Shown: positions 25,809-39,032 of the stretch, piece by piece | Numbering within the stretch: position 1 is the stretch's first letter | Layout: the number at the start of each line of letters is the position of its first letter | Origin: Octopus sinensis | Lineage: Eukaryota | Direction of reading: 5' to 3' | Assembly: GCF_006345805.1 (NCBI RefSeq) | Contig: NC_043000.1 | Location: forward strand, 157,294,001 to 157,358,000 | Length of the DNA stretch: 64,000 nucleotides | Translations under genes and position numbers: made by a program | Notes under the pieces: generated by a model | What the model was told of the DNA's origin: nothing | The model's database searches: none | The model's input: the letters and a program-made list of their open reading frames with translations, nothing else

Positions 25809-26348
25809 CAATTCCAGTCTGTTATATATTTTGAGTATTGTTATCACTAGCGATATCAAGATATAACTTGTATTTTGCATTTTATGTGTAGATGTATATA
25901 TATATAGATGTACATGTAATATGTACACATATATATACACATATATACATGCACTAGCACTATGACCCGGCAACGACGGGTCTTTAATGTTTTAATATAT
26001 ATATATATATATATTCTTTTTTTTCTGTAGTTTCATCTCAGAGCTGCGGCCATGCTGATGCACCGCCGTTTTGCTACACTGTTATTGCTGAGAGCCTCCT
26101 CTAATATGTGGCACGTGGAGAAGAATGGAGTTTGATGTAGTTACCGTCATTTACCCCTCTTGCCGTGAGGTAGGTTCATCTGGGACTCTCGACAGGAAGA
26201 GGTCCAGTTTTGATTTAAAAACGTCTTTATATATATATATATATATATATAGTTAATCCAAACGAGAAAGCACAAAAAACACAACAACGCGAGGACGTGG
26301 AAGAAATATAGTATTATTGGACGCTCAGGATAGAGGGAAAGAAGGAGG

Positions 26349-26383
26349 GTTTAACGTTTCGAGCGGAGCTCTTCGTCGGAAAC
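26349..26383 (-). ncRNA. Type I hammerhead ribozyme relic (U4C)
   Basis: Minus strand GTTT-CCGACGA-A-GAGC-TCC-GCTC-GAA-ACGT-T/AAAC; same mini-element family as 7820. Confidence 0.7.
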
Positions 26384-26426
26384 ATAGGAGAAGGAAAGAT
26401 CCAGAGAATATATATATATACATACA

Positions 26427-26493
<67 letters not shown>

Positions 26494-26592
26494 ATATATA
26501 TAATTTATATAGTTTATATATATATATATATATAATTTATACATATATGTATGAATATATATATAATTTATACATATATGTATGTATGTATG

Positions 26593-26633
<41 letters not shown>

Positions 26634-26978
26634 TGTGTGTGTGTGTGTGGTGTGTGTGTGTGTGTGTGAGTGTCTGTGTTTTTGTGCGTGTGAATTTGCC
26701 TTATTATGGTAGAGAATTGCTTATCGAGCAATATATCTTTATGTATCGAAACATTATATTAACATATATCTTATGAAATAGCTATACATACATGCATATA
26801 CACGTATAAAGACATGCAAATATATATATATATGTGTGTGTATATGTGTGTGCGTACGTAGGAATATTCGTTGGTGCGTGTAGTGCTAGTTACATATATA
26901 AATATGTATACTCATCGTCGTAATGATATCTATCTATTTATGTATGTATGTGTGTATCTATCTATCAATCAATCAATA

Positions 26979-27048
<70 letters not shown>

Positions 27049-27269
27049 ACTCCTTTACCCTTTCTCTCTTGCTCTCTACATATGTATGTGTGTGTTTGTT
27101 TGTGTGTATTGACTAACCATGTTCAACTTTCTACTGACTACTGGTAACAAGTTTTGTGTTTATTTTTGTATGTACCTGTCTGTCTATATGTTGTTTGATC
27201 AATTTATTCTTGTGCTGAAGAGGAATAAAAGTCTGCCCGTAATTGGTGATTTATTTACCGACGTCCTTT

Positions 27270-28150
27270 CTTAAAACCGACAATATGTGAAGAAAAAGAG
27301 AAAGCAAAAGAAAAGGTTGAAGATGGTGGGAAGTAGAATAAGAATGAGACGAAGGAGAAAAACGAAAACCAACTAGCCGACGAACCAATAAACTAAGAAT
27401 CGAAAAAAAGAAGGAAAAATATAAGAAGCTATAAAGACAAAAAGAGTAGACCATGATGAAGAAAAGTAGTAGAAGATTAAGATACAAGTACGAAGAAGTA
27501 AGAAAGAAAATCGATAGACGGAGAAGAAAGAAAGAGAAAAAGATGAAGAAAATGAACAAACAAGTTTGACATAGAAGTAAAATATGATGGAGGAGGAGGA
27601 GGAGGAGGAGGAGGAGGAGGAAAAGAATAAGAAATAGAAGAAAAGGAGGAGTAAAGAAATTAGCATAATACAAAATGACAGTAGAAGAATGAGAAGAAAA
27701 TCAGCCAAAGAAAAATGAAAAGTAACAGAGTAGGTGAAAGAGAAAAATAAGTAAACGAAGATAGAAGTAAAAGAAGAATCAACAGATGAGGAGGAGGTGG
27801 AGGAGGAGGAGTGAATGAAGAGATGTAAAAAGAAAAAAAGAAACTTTATTATAAAAACAATGAGAAGCAGAATGAAGTAGGAAAGGAAGAAATAGAAGCA
27901 AACTAAAGGATAATAATGGTAATGTAAAGACAAAGATGAAGGAGAAAAAAAAATGCGAGAGAGAAGCAAAAGGAATTTTCGAACAAAAGTAGGAATTACA
28001 AATTTCAGCAAACAAAATAACTAAATAGAGCAAAAATATAACATAAGCAAAACATTGAAAAGAGAAAGAGAGGCTGACAAGAATAAGAAGACAAAGAAAA
28101 GGAAGATGGTAGAGTAAAAAAAAAAAACTGTCCGAATTCAAAGAGTCAGA
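27270..28150 (+). repeat. Purine-rich (A/G) low-complexity tract
   Basis: About 900 nt of GAA/GGA/AAAG-rich sequence with no credible + strand coding frame. Confidence 0.85.
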
Positions 28151-28295
28151 TAAAGTATTGGAGCGAAGACACGTTGTATGATCAAGATGTTCGTTTCGCA
28201 ATCACATAGTTTCTTGGACAAGTATCTTTTGCTGTAGTCTCGGGTTAACCATTGAAAGGTAAATCGGGAAACGTCCGTTGCATGTTAAAAGATAT

Positions 28296-28716
28296 GTTAG
28301 TTAGTTAGTTAGTTAGTTAATGTTTTGGCTCAAAAGCAAAAAGGAAGGCCATGTAGGGGGACATGGAGTTATGTACAGAGTGGTGTTCATGTAAAGAGTT
28401 CAGGCCACTTGAGGTCAAGGGAGACTTTGAACAAAGCGGTCGTCGGCATCTTCACCATCTCGTCTGGCAGCTTGTTCCACGGATCCGCAACCCGTATGGA
28501 GAAAGCTCCTCTCCTTCGATTGAGATGAAATCGTCGCAGGTAGAGCTTTTCGGAATGACCCCGCAGCCGACGCTCTGGAGCAGGAGTGAAGAACAGCTCT
28601 TTCGAGAGGTTACACTTTCCGCTTATGATGCTGTGGGCGAGAATGAGATCACCACGGCGGCGGCGTTTTTCTAGAGAATAAAGGTCGAGCGTCTTCAGCC
28701 TTTCTTCATAAGACAA
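28296..28716 (-). mobile_element. 5'-truncated CR1-type LINE 3' end with (TAAC)n tail
   Basis: SYEERLKTLDLYSLEKRRRRGDLI...LRGHSEKL...FSIRVADPWNKLP...FKVSLD is the CR1 ORF2 C-terminus. A short 3' UTR and the (GTTA)n run at 28296-28319 follow. Confidence 0.88.
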
Positions 28717-28776
28717 ATTCTTGAGACCATGAACTATGAACCATGCGGGTAGCTATGCGTGCAAACATATGTCAAA

Positions 28777-29009
28777 GGCGGCGAGCTGGCAGAACCGTTA
28801 GCACGCCGGGCGAAATGCGTGGCCGTATTTCGTCTGTCGTTACGTTCTGAGTTCAAATTCTGCCGAGGTCGACTTTGCCTTTCATCCTTTCGGGGTCGAT
28901 AAATTAAATACCAGTTACACACTGGGGTCGATGTACTCGACTTAATCCGTTTGTCTGTCCCTGTTTGTCCCCTCTATGTTTAGACCCTTGTGGGTAATAA
29001 AGAAATAGG
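28777..29009 (+). mobile_element. tRNA-derived SINE family B (long-tail variant)
   Basis: A box tggcagaaccgttag, B box gagttcaaattc, body gtcgactttgcctttcatcctttcggggtcgat, tail ttgtcccctctatgtttagacccttgtgggtaataaagaaat. A similar copy lies at ~13010-13240(-). Confidence 0.85.
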
Positions 29010-29372
29010 TATGCGTGCAAGTGTATATTTTTGATCATCAGGCCCAAACATATGCAAGTAAATATGAAAGCCAGAACGCATACACACACTCAGTCACATA
29101 TGCTCACGCATGTGGCGTGCGCACAAACACACCAACATACCCACGCATATATGAATGCATGCACGTGTGTGTAAACAACGGCAAGTAAATTAAAGTAAAA
29201 CAAATAAAACAGTGTCATTCGAACGAAGTTCGTTGTGATTTACTTCTACATGTTATTCGTCGTCAGAAATGTGACGAAGAAACGTTTCCTACGCTGACAA
29301 TGGTCAACCAACAAAGATATAAATAGATTAATTGAATAAACTCTTCTGATTGCATCTATACTGGATTGATGT

Positions 29373-29757
29373 GGAGGCGCAATGGCCCAGTGGTTAGGGC
29401 AGCGGACTCGCGGTCGTAGGATCGCGGTTTCGATTCCCAGACCGGGCGGTGTGAGTGTTTATTGAGCGAAAACACCTAAAAGCTCTACGAGGCTCCAGCA
29501 GGGGATGGTGGTGATCCCTGCTGTACTCTTTCACCACAACTTTCTCTCACTCTTACTTCCTGTTTCTGTTGTACCTGTATTTCAAGGGGCCGACCTTGTC
29601 ACTCTCTGTGTCACGCTGAATATCCCCGAGAACTACGTTAAGGGTGCACGTGTCTGTGGAGTGCTCAGCCACTTACATGTTAATTTCACGAGCAGGCTGT
29701 TCCGTTGATCGGATCAACCGGAACCCTCGTCGTCGTAACCGACGGAGTGCTTCCATC
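29373..29757 (+). mobile_element. tRNA-derived SINE family C, second 3' module
   Basis: Same ~170-nt head and body as 6524, with an unrelated 3' half ending gttgatcggatcaaccggaaccctcgtcgtcgtaaccgacggagtgc. Confidence 0.8.
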
Positions 29758-32343
29758 CACTGGATTGATATGCATAATCCATCGTACTGTTTAAAACTAT
29801 CGCTTGGAATATATCTACCCTTACTCGAATGCACTCTGTTGGAAATATTCGGACAAGGTCTCCCGTTTTAAGATTGATTAAAACTCTAGATCGACAACGT
29901 CCTAGTGTAGCAGATTGTGAGTGGTGGCTTCTGTTATCCTTCTTTCCATCAATCTAGAAACCCTCTAGAAGTGGTAGCCCCTAATTTTCATTTTACTACG
30001 CTATATAATGACTAATTATGAAATATATGAAATATATATGGCTAACGCGCGAAGTAGAGATTAGCAAAATATATCTACTGATTGCGCACTTCGAATGCCA
30101 GGTTGGAACAAAATACATAGAGAGTGAGCAAACAAACTTTAGATCAGTGCACACGCCACTCATTTATATTGTACGACCGAAGAGCGTAGTAGGTAGATAA
30201 TTTTTACTGATCCCTTATAAGGAAAAATAAGTCTTCCAGTCAGTTTAGAGTTGCCCCGCTTAGTATTGGTAATAAAAAAGCCCCAGAAATTTCGAAATAT
30301 ACATTGCAGTCCATAGAGGGCGCTCTGAACTGACTACAGTGACTTTATACCTTTTGCCTAAAGCGGGAATTTTTCTCCTTGGCAAACAGCAGTGAAATGG
30401 CCTTTTATAGTTCACATATGTATGTCCCAAAATATCTGGCCTGATCAAAAGTTTGCTTATATGATATATAAGGATCAATTATAAATTAAATAATGATGAT
30501 TTATAAATATTCTTATTTCTATTTTCATGCATAAATTTATAGATCTTTATAACATTGTTTCACTACATTCAAAATTTCGATTATGTCTACGACTTCATTC
30601 CATACTCGAGGCTGCTGAAGGTGTGCTATTTAAATTTATTTCTTATCTTCAATATCTTAATTATGTCACCAAAGTCGTTCCATAGTTAAGGTGAAAATTT
30701 AATTGCCGAACGTGTTTTAAGATTTCGATTATGTCTCTATTTTCGTTCTATAGTTGGGGTTGCTTGTCCGACAATCTATGGATTCTGCAAATCTATTGCA
30801 TTTATAATAATGTTTAATTTAAGTGCAAAGCCAACAGTCTTTAGGAGTAGAGGTTAGTCGATTTAATCGACCCCAGTACTTGACTAAAGGCAATATTGAC
30901 CTCGGTGGAATTTGAACTCTGAGAAGTAGTTTATTTGGAGAGAGGGTGTTAGTCGATTATATCGACCCCAGTACTTGATTGACATTTTATATTATCGATC
31001 AACGGATGATGGAAGGAAAAATCGATCTCGACGAGTTAAACTCAGATCGTATGGGACCACAAACAAATACCACCCCTCTTCTAAAATTAACTGATTAAGT
31101 GCTTAATTTATCATTCAATTAAATAATGTAAAATTATATCAGAGCTATAATTTTCAAGAGAAATATAGTGAAATTAAGAAAAAGAAAGGAAGATTAAGAA
31201 GAGAGATAGAAATAATTCGTTAGATAAATAGTCAAATAGATAGAGAGCGAGCGAGAGTGAAATATTTCAAATCAAGTTGTCTAGTTGTAAATCCCTGAAA
31301 ATCCACTTTAATGCAGCTAAAGTCTGGTAGTCTTGTTCAGCTGAAGATGTTCAGAAACTTTACTCGCGAAGTTAAAATTTTGGGGACTTTTCTCGCAATA
31401 TTGATGAAAAGGTGGGTGGGTGTTGGAATAATATTGATGGAATAGATTCTCCTGTCCAGAAGGTGACTCTGCTACCGATGAAGTAGCCAAAATGGCCACC
31501 TAAACATACTACCTCTCCAACGAGGATCCCATTGCCTGTTAGAAATAGCAGCTAAAAATAGCACACCTATCTAGCCTTTCAACCACTGCAACGAGGGAAC
31601 TTCGACAGAGGTCTTTGTACTTGATAAAATTACAAGTCAAATCTCCTTCAAATCATACCTCATTATCAATTTCACTTCTTTAACAATGGAGCGTCTATGT
31701 GGTCTCTCTACATGATAACAATAGCAGCCAAATGTCCCTTAAATTACATATAACTGACCATTTAAAATTCTTCATCGAAGGAGCTTCTACGGACTCTCAT
31801 TATCTGCAAATAATAGCCACCGAACAACTCTCAAATCATACCCATCTGACCTCTATTAATAATGGTGAAGTGAAATGGATTACAATCCAATTCAATTCGT
31901 GGTGAAGTCATTCACCCCCGCCTCTCCATAATTATCATATTTATCAACTTAATATCATATTTACCATAATCTTTAATTGCCATCTTAATTATGTTGTCGT
32001 CATCATTTGTTACTCTTCATTTACTCCTTTCCCACACTCACTTCCATGCTCTCTTACCTGGATTCCCTCGCTTGCATTTTACTCATCGTCCCTGCCCAAT
32101 GAACTACTTCCACGTCATTATCTCAAAAGTCATCGCCATTATGTTTATTGATCATCATCATCATCATCATCATTATCAGCGCACCACCACCATCACCATC
32201 CTCTTAATCATTAGTGTTGTTATCTCTTTCATATCCTTCATCATCATCGTCATTACCAATATTATCAGTATTCATTTCGGGCCACACACACTCGCACACA
32301 CATATATAAAGATACAAAAACATATATAAGCACATAAATATAT

Positions 32344-32392
<49 letters not shown>

Positions 32393-32763
32393 CATTTATA
32401 TATAATTATATCCTAATGCCTTCGTGTTTTTCCGTCTCGTTAAGTATCTAGTTAACTGACTATCCAAGTAACTAGCCATCAAGCTAGCTAATTAGATAAA
32501 CAAGAGAGAGAAAATAAGATAACCGTCTCTGCAGCTAACTATGCAAAGAAAAAAAATTACGCTCACAGACGCACACAGACACAGACAGACAGACACACAC
32601 ACACACACACACACACACCACACACACACACAGAGTTTACTTAAGCCGGTCCAGTAGCTTCTTTGCCCGGAGTTTGCACGGCTTGCCGCCGCCTTCAAAC
32701 AGGGAACTGGACCGACTTCAGGAAGAACAAGCTATTGCATATACTCATCGTTCGTATTGCGTA

Positions 32764-32804
<41 letters not shown>

Positions 32805-32806
<2 letters not shown>

Positions 32807-32934
32807 TTCCTCCTTTGGCTTGCTTGTTTTATCCACTATTGTATGCTTTGCATGCATGCTTCTTCGACTGGTAGTTTCATTAGTTGACTGGTCGTTACAA
32901 TAGTGGACAAAACAAGCAAGCCATAGGAGGAATC
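32805..32934. mobile_element. 130-bp Tourist/PIF-Harbinger-like MITE
   Basis: 39-bp TIRs (32805-32843 and 32896-32934, 2 mismatches), 52-nt spacer, TTA on both flanks (32802-32804, 32935-32937). Confidence 0.7.
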
Positions 32935-33268
32935 TTAGGAACCAACGAAGGTCCCTTTATGTGAATCTAGTAAAAATGATGAGTCAGATCTCCTTCAAAT
33001 TTAGCACTGTTGTCTGGAAAAAGGCAAGAAATATCAGAGGTACACCACGACTAAAGAAACAAACACACACACAAAAAGAAACAAAAAGGAAAGAATAGAA
33101 GATTGTGATGGCCGAAACGCTCTTGATTACAAGCCTCTTCTATTAGTTCTGACCTAAGATTAAATAATAGAGATAATCAGCTAGTTAAACAATCAGCCTA
33201 CCAACTAAACAAGTGATATACTAATCAACTAACTAACCGAACAAACAGTCAATACATCTCTCTCTCAG

Positions 33269-33355
<87 letters not shown>

Positions 33356-33619
33356 GAGTGTGTTTGTGTGTATATACAGGTTTGTGTGCGCACACAATGG
33401 AGGGTGCTAACACAAAGAGAACTAACGGGACAAATGTAACGAAATACCTTAATCTCTCCCTGAGCAGGAAAGAGGAAATCGTTCCGACAAGTTTGACCCT
33501 ATTTCAAACCAATTCATCCCCATTGTCTATCCAGAGAAAGAGTTTTTAAATTGTCATTACTAACAAGGATCTTATCAAACTGGAACTAGCTTCTATTTTA
33601 CAGCGAATATTCTCTGTTG

Positions 33620-33680
<61 letters not shown>

Positions 33681-33717
33681 TATATATATATAAACTGTTC
33701 AGCACATCAATTCTAAT

Positions 33718-34241
33718 ATTACATGGAAAAATGCGAGCATGAAAAGTCATATTCTTAAGATTATAAACATTGAAAAGTACAGGACAAGTTCTTACACCTG
33801 TAAAAGTATAGGACGAACTAATACTTCAAGTAAAGTAAAGAAGAAGAAACTTTTTACTTCAAATTATTGCAGCAAAGAATGCCACTTCTAATTTACCGCT
33901 CTTTACAGTTCTCATCTTTTAAATTTATCGTACAAAACTGTTCAGCTAATTTGTAAGTTTGTCTAATTAGTCACTTTTTCTGTATTTAAGGTAGTAAAGT
34001 AGCAAAATTCTGCATAAATAAGTATAGTGTTATTTGTAAACTATAATAAAATAATTTTTAATATTCAAATTTTAATTTTCTCTGCAATATTTTAAGTAAA
34101 AGGTTTCTTATTCTTTACTTTACTTTACTTGAAGTAATAGTTTGTCCTAAACTTTTACAGGTGTAATAACTTTTCCTGTACTTTTCCAGGTTTATAATCA
34201 TAGGAATATGACTTTTCATGCTCGCATTTTTTCCTTGTAAT
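33718..34241. mobile_element. Fold-back element with ~155-bp terminal inverted repeats
   Basis: Arms ~33718-33872 and ~34082-34241 are complementary with about 14 substitutions and 2 indels; ~210-nt AT-rich spacer; no TSD recognised. Confidence 0.75.
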
Positions 34242-36241
34242 CCATGATTTTTCCAGACATTGCTTTTATAAGATAATTAATAATGTGTCAATTAATAATT
34301 TAAGATTTTACCTTATAAAATACTGAAAGATAATATTTCAGTTTTTCCATGTAAGTGATGATAATATTTCAATTTTTCTCGTGTTTAATTTATATGTTGT
34401 GATTGAATTATTTGATATTACCAATCCACACCAAATTAATGGCAGGGATTTTTGTTGTTGGTTGCACCATGGCTCACCAAAAGTTACAAACAACGAGACC
34501 CTAAAACCATCAGTTACCAGGCTCACCTTAAGTAACCTAATTTTGCAATATTAGGTCACAGGAATTCATTCAACGGAAAAAAAATCCAATGATTCCGTGA
34601 TTGGGGGATGGGAAGCCCCCACCTCATTTTTTCTGAACCAACATAAGGGATTTGCAGCATATTAGGAGGTCAGGGTACTTGATTCCATGCAAAAAATCAA
34701 ATTTTTTTCTTAGTTAAAATCGTGAGGGTGTTAATATAGAAATTGATCATAATGTTGTTCTTATTTAGCCTCAAATCAATCATGATACTGCAAACGTATC
34801 ATCAAAGACATTCCAGCCTTCAACAAACCGGCTTTTGAGGGATAATGTGTGTGTGATTTAGGTAGGAGGATACTTTGGCTGCTATTTTTAGCCTGTCGAG
34901 TGACCAGGTAGAGGCTCTTTCAGTGGTTCGATTGTGTGATGAGAGTTCTTTACACATATATGTAGTATGTATATATACCATCGGCAGAAGTTAGTAAGTG
35001 AAAATCTGAGAGTTTCGTGTATTGGCACTTATCAAACACGAATTTATTCTGACGAAATAACTTCTAAAATACAAAAGTTTGTCCAAAACGCTAAGAGTAA
35101 ACCCTGTTCTTTGTGACACATTCTACCAGTACTGGAGGTTTGAAAGAGTTTAGTTAAAAAATTAATTAAATAATCTGTACGTCTCATTGGATAGATCCGA
35201 AATGGATGAATGGCAAAGTCGACCGCGACGGAATTTGAACTCAGAACGTAAATATAGACGAAATACCGCTTCTAAAATACGAAACATTTTCAAAAACGTT
35301 AAGAGTAAACCCTGTTCTATGTGACACAATCTACCAGTATCGGAAGTTTGAAAGTGTTTAGTTAAAAATAAAATATTCTGCACGTCAAAGTCGACCTCGG
35401 CGAAATTTGAACTCAAAAACGTAAAGACAGACGAAATATAGTTATGCGTTTCACTCGGCGTACTAACGTTTCTGCCAGCTCGCTGCCTTAGAGATTAAGC
35501 CTTGATTTTTAGGAATATATTCTTTATTCTTATAGCTGAAGTGTTATTCCCTTACTGACAGGAAATTTCGTAACATTTTACCTCATTTCTACTAAATTTT
35601 GTTCAATGCGACTAGTGATCCTGAATTCCTCATGCATTTTTCTATCATTTAAGCCTAAGAAAGGTATTCTTTTAATTTAAAATTAAAAAGTTTATGTGAA
35701 TTGAAGGTGAATAGGTGCCTTACTGCCCTCCTTGAGGTCGCAGATATTTTGATGTAACTTTTTTTCTACTGAACCAAATCTCAAACTATTTATGCCAAAG
35801 TATAGATGAGGAAATGTCCTCTTTAATATTGTGAACAGTTTGCAAATTCGTTGGGAACTGAATTAGTGGCGAAGCTTGGAAGCTGCTGCGATTGAGGAAA
35901 TGGTGGACTTAAGAATATATTCATCTACTACTGTAGTTGAATAATACATGCAGGCATGGTTGTGTGGCAAGAAGCTTGCTTCCCAAACACTTGGTTACGG
36001 GTTATTATTTAGCCTCAAATCAACCCTGACACTGCAAACGTATCATCAAAGACATTTCAGCCTTGAGTGAGTGTCTTCTACTATAGCTTCAGGCTGACCA
36101 GAGCCTTGTGAGTGGACATGGTATACCGAAACTGAAAGAAGCCTGCCGTATATATATATATATATATATATATGTTGATTCGTTAGCTACTGCACGCATT
36201 TTTTTTCTCTCCTTCTTTCTGTGTTTTTCTCTCTCTGTGTA

Positions 36242-36279
36242 TCTTTCTGTTGAAGAGCGTAGGCTCGAAACGTTAAAGA
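36242..36279 (+). ncRNA. Type I hammerhead ribozyme relic (A6U)
   Basis: TCTTT-CTGTTGA-A-GAGC-GTAG-GCTC-GAA-ACGT-T/AAAGA. Confidence 0.7.
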
Positions 36280-37127
36280 CTTGTTTTATTTATATTTCCT
36301 GAGCGCCATACTAATACAATTGTTCGTTTGTTTTCCACCTGCCTTCGTCTTTTGTTTATTTTCATAAAGCTTCCCGTTATATATATATATATATATAACC
36401 CCATCACTGTTTAACAAACGGTGTTGGGGGTATTTACGACCCCGTAACCTAGCGGTTCGGCTACAGAGATCGGCAGAATAAGTACCAGGTTTGAAAAGTA
36501 CTGTGGTAGATACATTCGACTAAAAGTCCTTCAAGGCGGTGCCCCAGAATGACCGCAGTCTAATGACTGAAACAAATAAAAGATAGATAAATCATATTTA
36601 TAAGCGCAGGAGTGGTTGTGTGGTAAGTAGTTTGCTTACCAACCACATGGTTCCAGGTTCAGTCCCACTACGTGGCACCTTGGGCGTCTTCTACTATAGC
36701 CTCGGGTCGACCAAAGCCTTTTGAGGGGATCTGGTAGACGGAAACTGAACGAAGCCCGTCGTATATATATGTGTGTGTAGTTGTGTGTCTGTACTCCAAC
36801 CATCGCTTGATAACCGATGTTGGTGTGATTTCGTCCTCGTAACTTAGCGCTTCGGCAAAAGCGACAGATAGAATAAGTACTAGGCTTACAAAGAATAAGT
36901 CTTGGGGTGAATTTGCTCGAGCAAAAGCGGAGCTCCAGCATGGCCGCAGTCAAATGACTGAAACAAATTTTATATATATATATATATATATATGCAAGCG
37001 CACATATATCACTGCATCACTGTACCGGCCAGACTATCAGATGGTCACCGCTGGTCACAATGCGCTTCCTTGCATTGTTGTAACTTTCAAATGATGCCAC
37101 CCCTCTAGCTACGCAGGCAGGTCGTCA

Positions 37128-37158
<31 letters not shown>

Positions 37159-37161
37159 AGT

Positions 37162-37241
<80 letters not shown>

Positions 37242-37400
37242 CTTTATTTAAAGCAGCAGAAAATTCAACAAAATCTGTTACTCTGAGTTTCTCGTTGCCG
37301 TTCATCAGACAGTTTTTGTTAGAAAACAACTGTCCGATGGACGGCAACGAGAAACTCAGAGTAACAGATTTTGTTGAATTTTCTGCTGCTTTAAATAAAG
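37242..37400. repeat. 73-bp inverted repeat carrying two opposed hammerhead motifs (inverted PLE terminus)
   Basis: Arms 37242-37314 and 37328-37400, 71/73 complementary, 13-nt loop. Minus copy 37275-37312 is CTGT-CTGATGA-ACG-GCAA-CGA-GAA-ACTCAGAGT-A/ACAG. Plus copy 37330-37367 has core CCGATGG. Confidence 0.9.
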
Positions 37401-38874
37401 CATATTACTCTACCACTGGTATTTGAGTACTGTTTTTCTCCACCTTGTTTCACATTTATGTGTTTACTCCGGTATATATATATATATATTATATATATAT
37501 ATATACACGTGTGCGTGTCTTGTTTTTTTTTTAAATAGGAACAACACCTGTAAAACATTGGATGATGCACTTCATAATGTTCCAGAGAAGCCTGGAACCC
37601 CGTTGATAGTATGGCTGATTAGTCAGAGTTGACACGAGGTTAAAGAATTTGAATAATGCCAGAACCTAAGAATCGTGATTTTGAACAAGTTGGGTGCCGT
37701 TCTGCTTCCAGTGTAGTCTGAAGTACTCATGCTCTCTTTCAATTACACTGTTTAAATATCTATAGATATTTTGAATTAATAATCCTCTAATAATATATTT
37801 GGAAATTCGTATAGAAATTAGGATTATTTTGTTGTCAGATCAAGATGTTCTTATAGAAAATTCTTTATGAGATATATTCTATGGTATGTTACTTCTTAAT
37901 CTTATCTATTCGGCTATAACGTTAGAGACATTTGCCTTTACAAAATAATTTTTATTAGAAAAATTACGGAATCATTCGTTCAACTATTAATAATCTTGCA
38001 GTGATTGTGCAGACTTTTCCTGTGGCTTATGACTTATGACTTGTGACTAATATTGGAATCTTGCATTGCTGTTATTTCCAACAGTATACAATTATGGAAT
38101 ATTAAAAGAATCATGATGCTCGCTAGAAGTCGAAAACATTGATGGTTTACATACATATTATGTGTGATCTAGATTTTTAAATTTCAGAAGAGGCTGTGCG
38201 GTAAGAAGTTTGCTTCCCAACCACATGGTTCTGGGTTCAGTCCCGCTGCGTGGAACCTTGGGCAAATGTCTTTTACTATAGCCGCGGGCCGACCAAAGTC
38301 TTTTCAGTGGATTTGGTAGACGGAAACTGAAAGAGGCCCGTCGTATATATATATATAGATATATATATATATATCTGTCTGTGTTTGATCCCCACCCATC
38401 AACACTTGACAACTAGTGTTAGTGTGTTTACGTCCCCGCAACTTAGCGGTTCACGAAAGAACCGATAGAATAAGTACCAGGCTTAAGAAATAAATTCTGG
38501 CGTCGATTCATTCGGCTAAAAATTCAATCTTCTTCATTGGACTGCAACCATGCTGGGGAACCACATTGAAGGCTTTTTAGTCGAACAAATCATCGACCCC
38601 AGGACTTATTTGTTTTAACCCTGGTGCTTTATTCTATCGAGCCAAACTGCTAACTTACAGGTCCGCAAACAAACCAACACCGGTTGTCAAGCTGTGCTGG
38701 AGGAATAAATACACGCACGACAGGCTTTCAGATTCCTTCTACCAATTCCACTGAAGTTTTTGGTTGGTCTGGGCTTATGGTAGAAGACACTTGCTCAACG
38801 TGGTATGCAGTGGGACTGAACGTGGAACTCGGTGGTTGGGAAGAGAATATCTTACCACACAGACACCTCTGCGA

Positions 38875-38942
<68 letters not shown>

Positions 38943-38963
38943 GTCTATCTATCAGTCTATCTG

Positions 38964-39031
<68 letters not shown>

Positions 39032-39032
39032 C
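38875..39032. repeat. (CTAT)n tetranucleotide microsatellite
   Basis: Long ATCT run; others at ~20677-20735, 26980-27047, 33270-33355 and 59960-60042. Confidence 0.95.

Noticed and set aside
23349-25982. Helitron capture of the ORF1 gene
   Set aside because: The ORF1 unit has its own 12-bp TSD and retroposon tail, and the Helitron 3' end at 25954-25982 is on the opposite strand.
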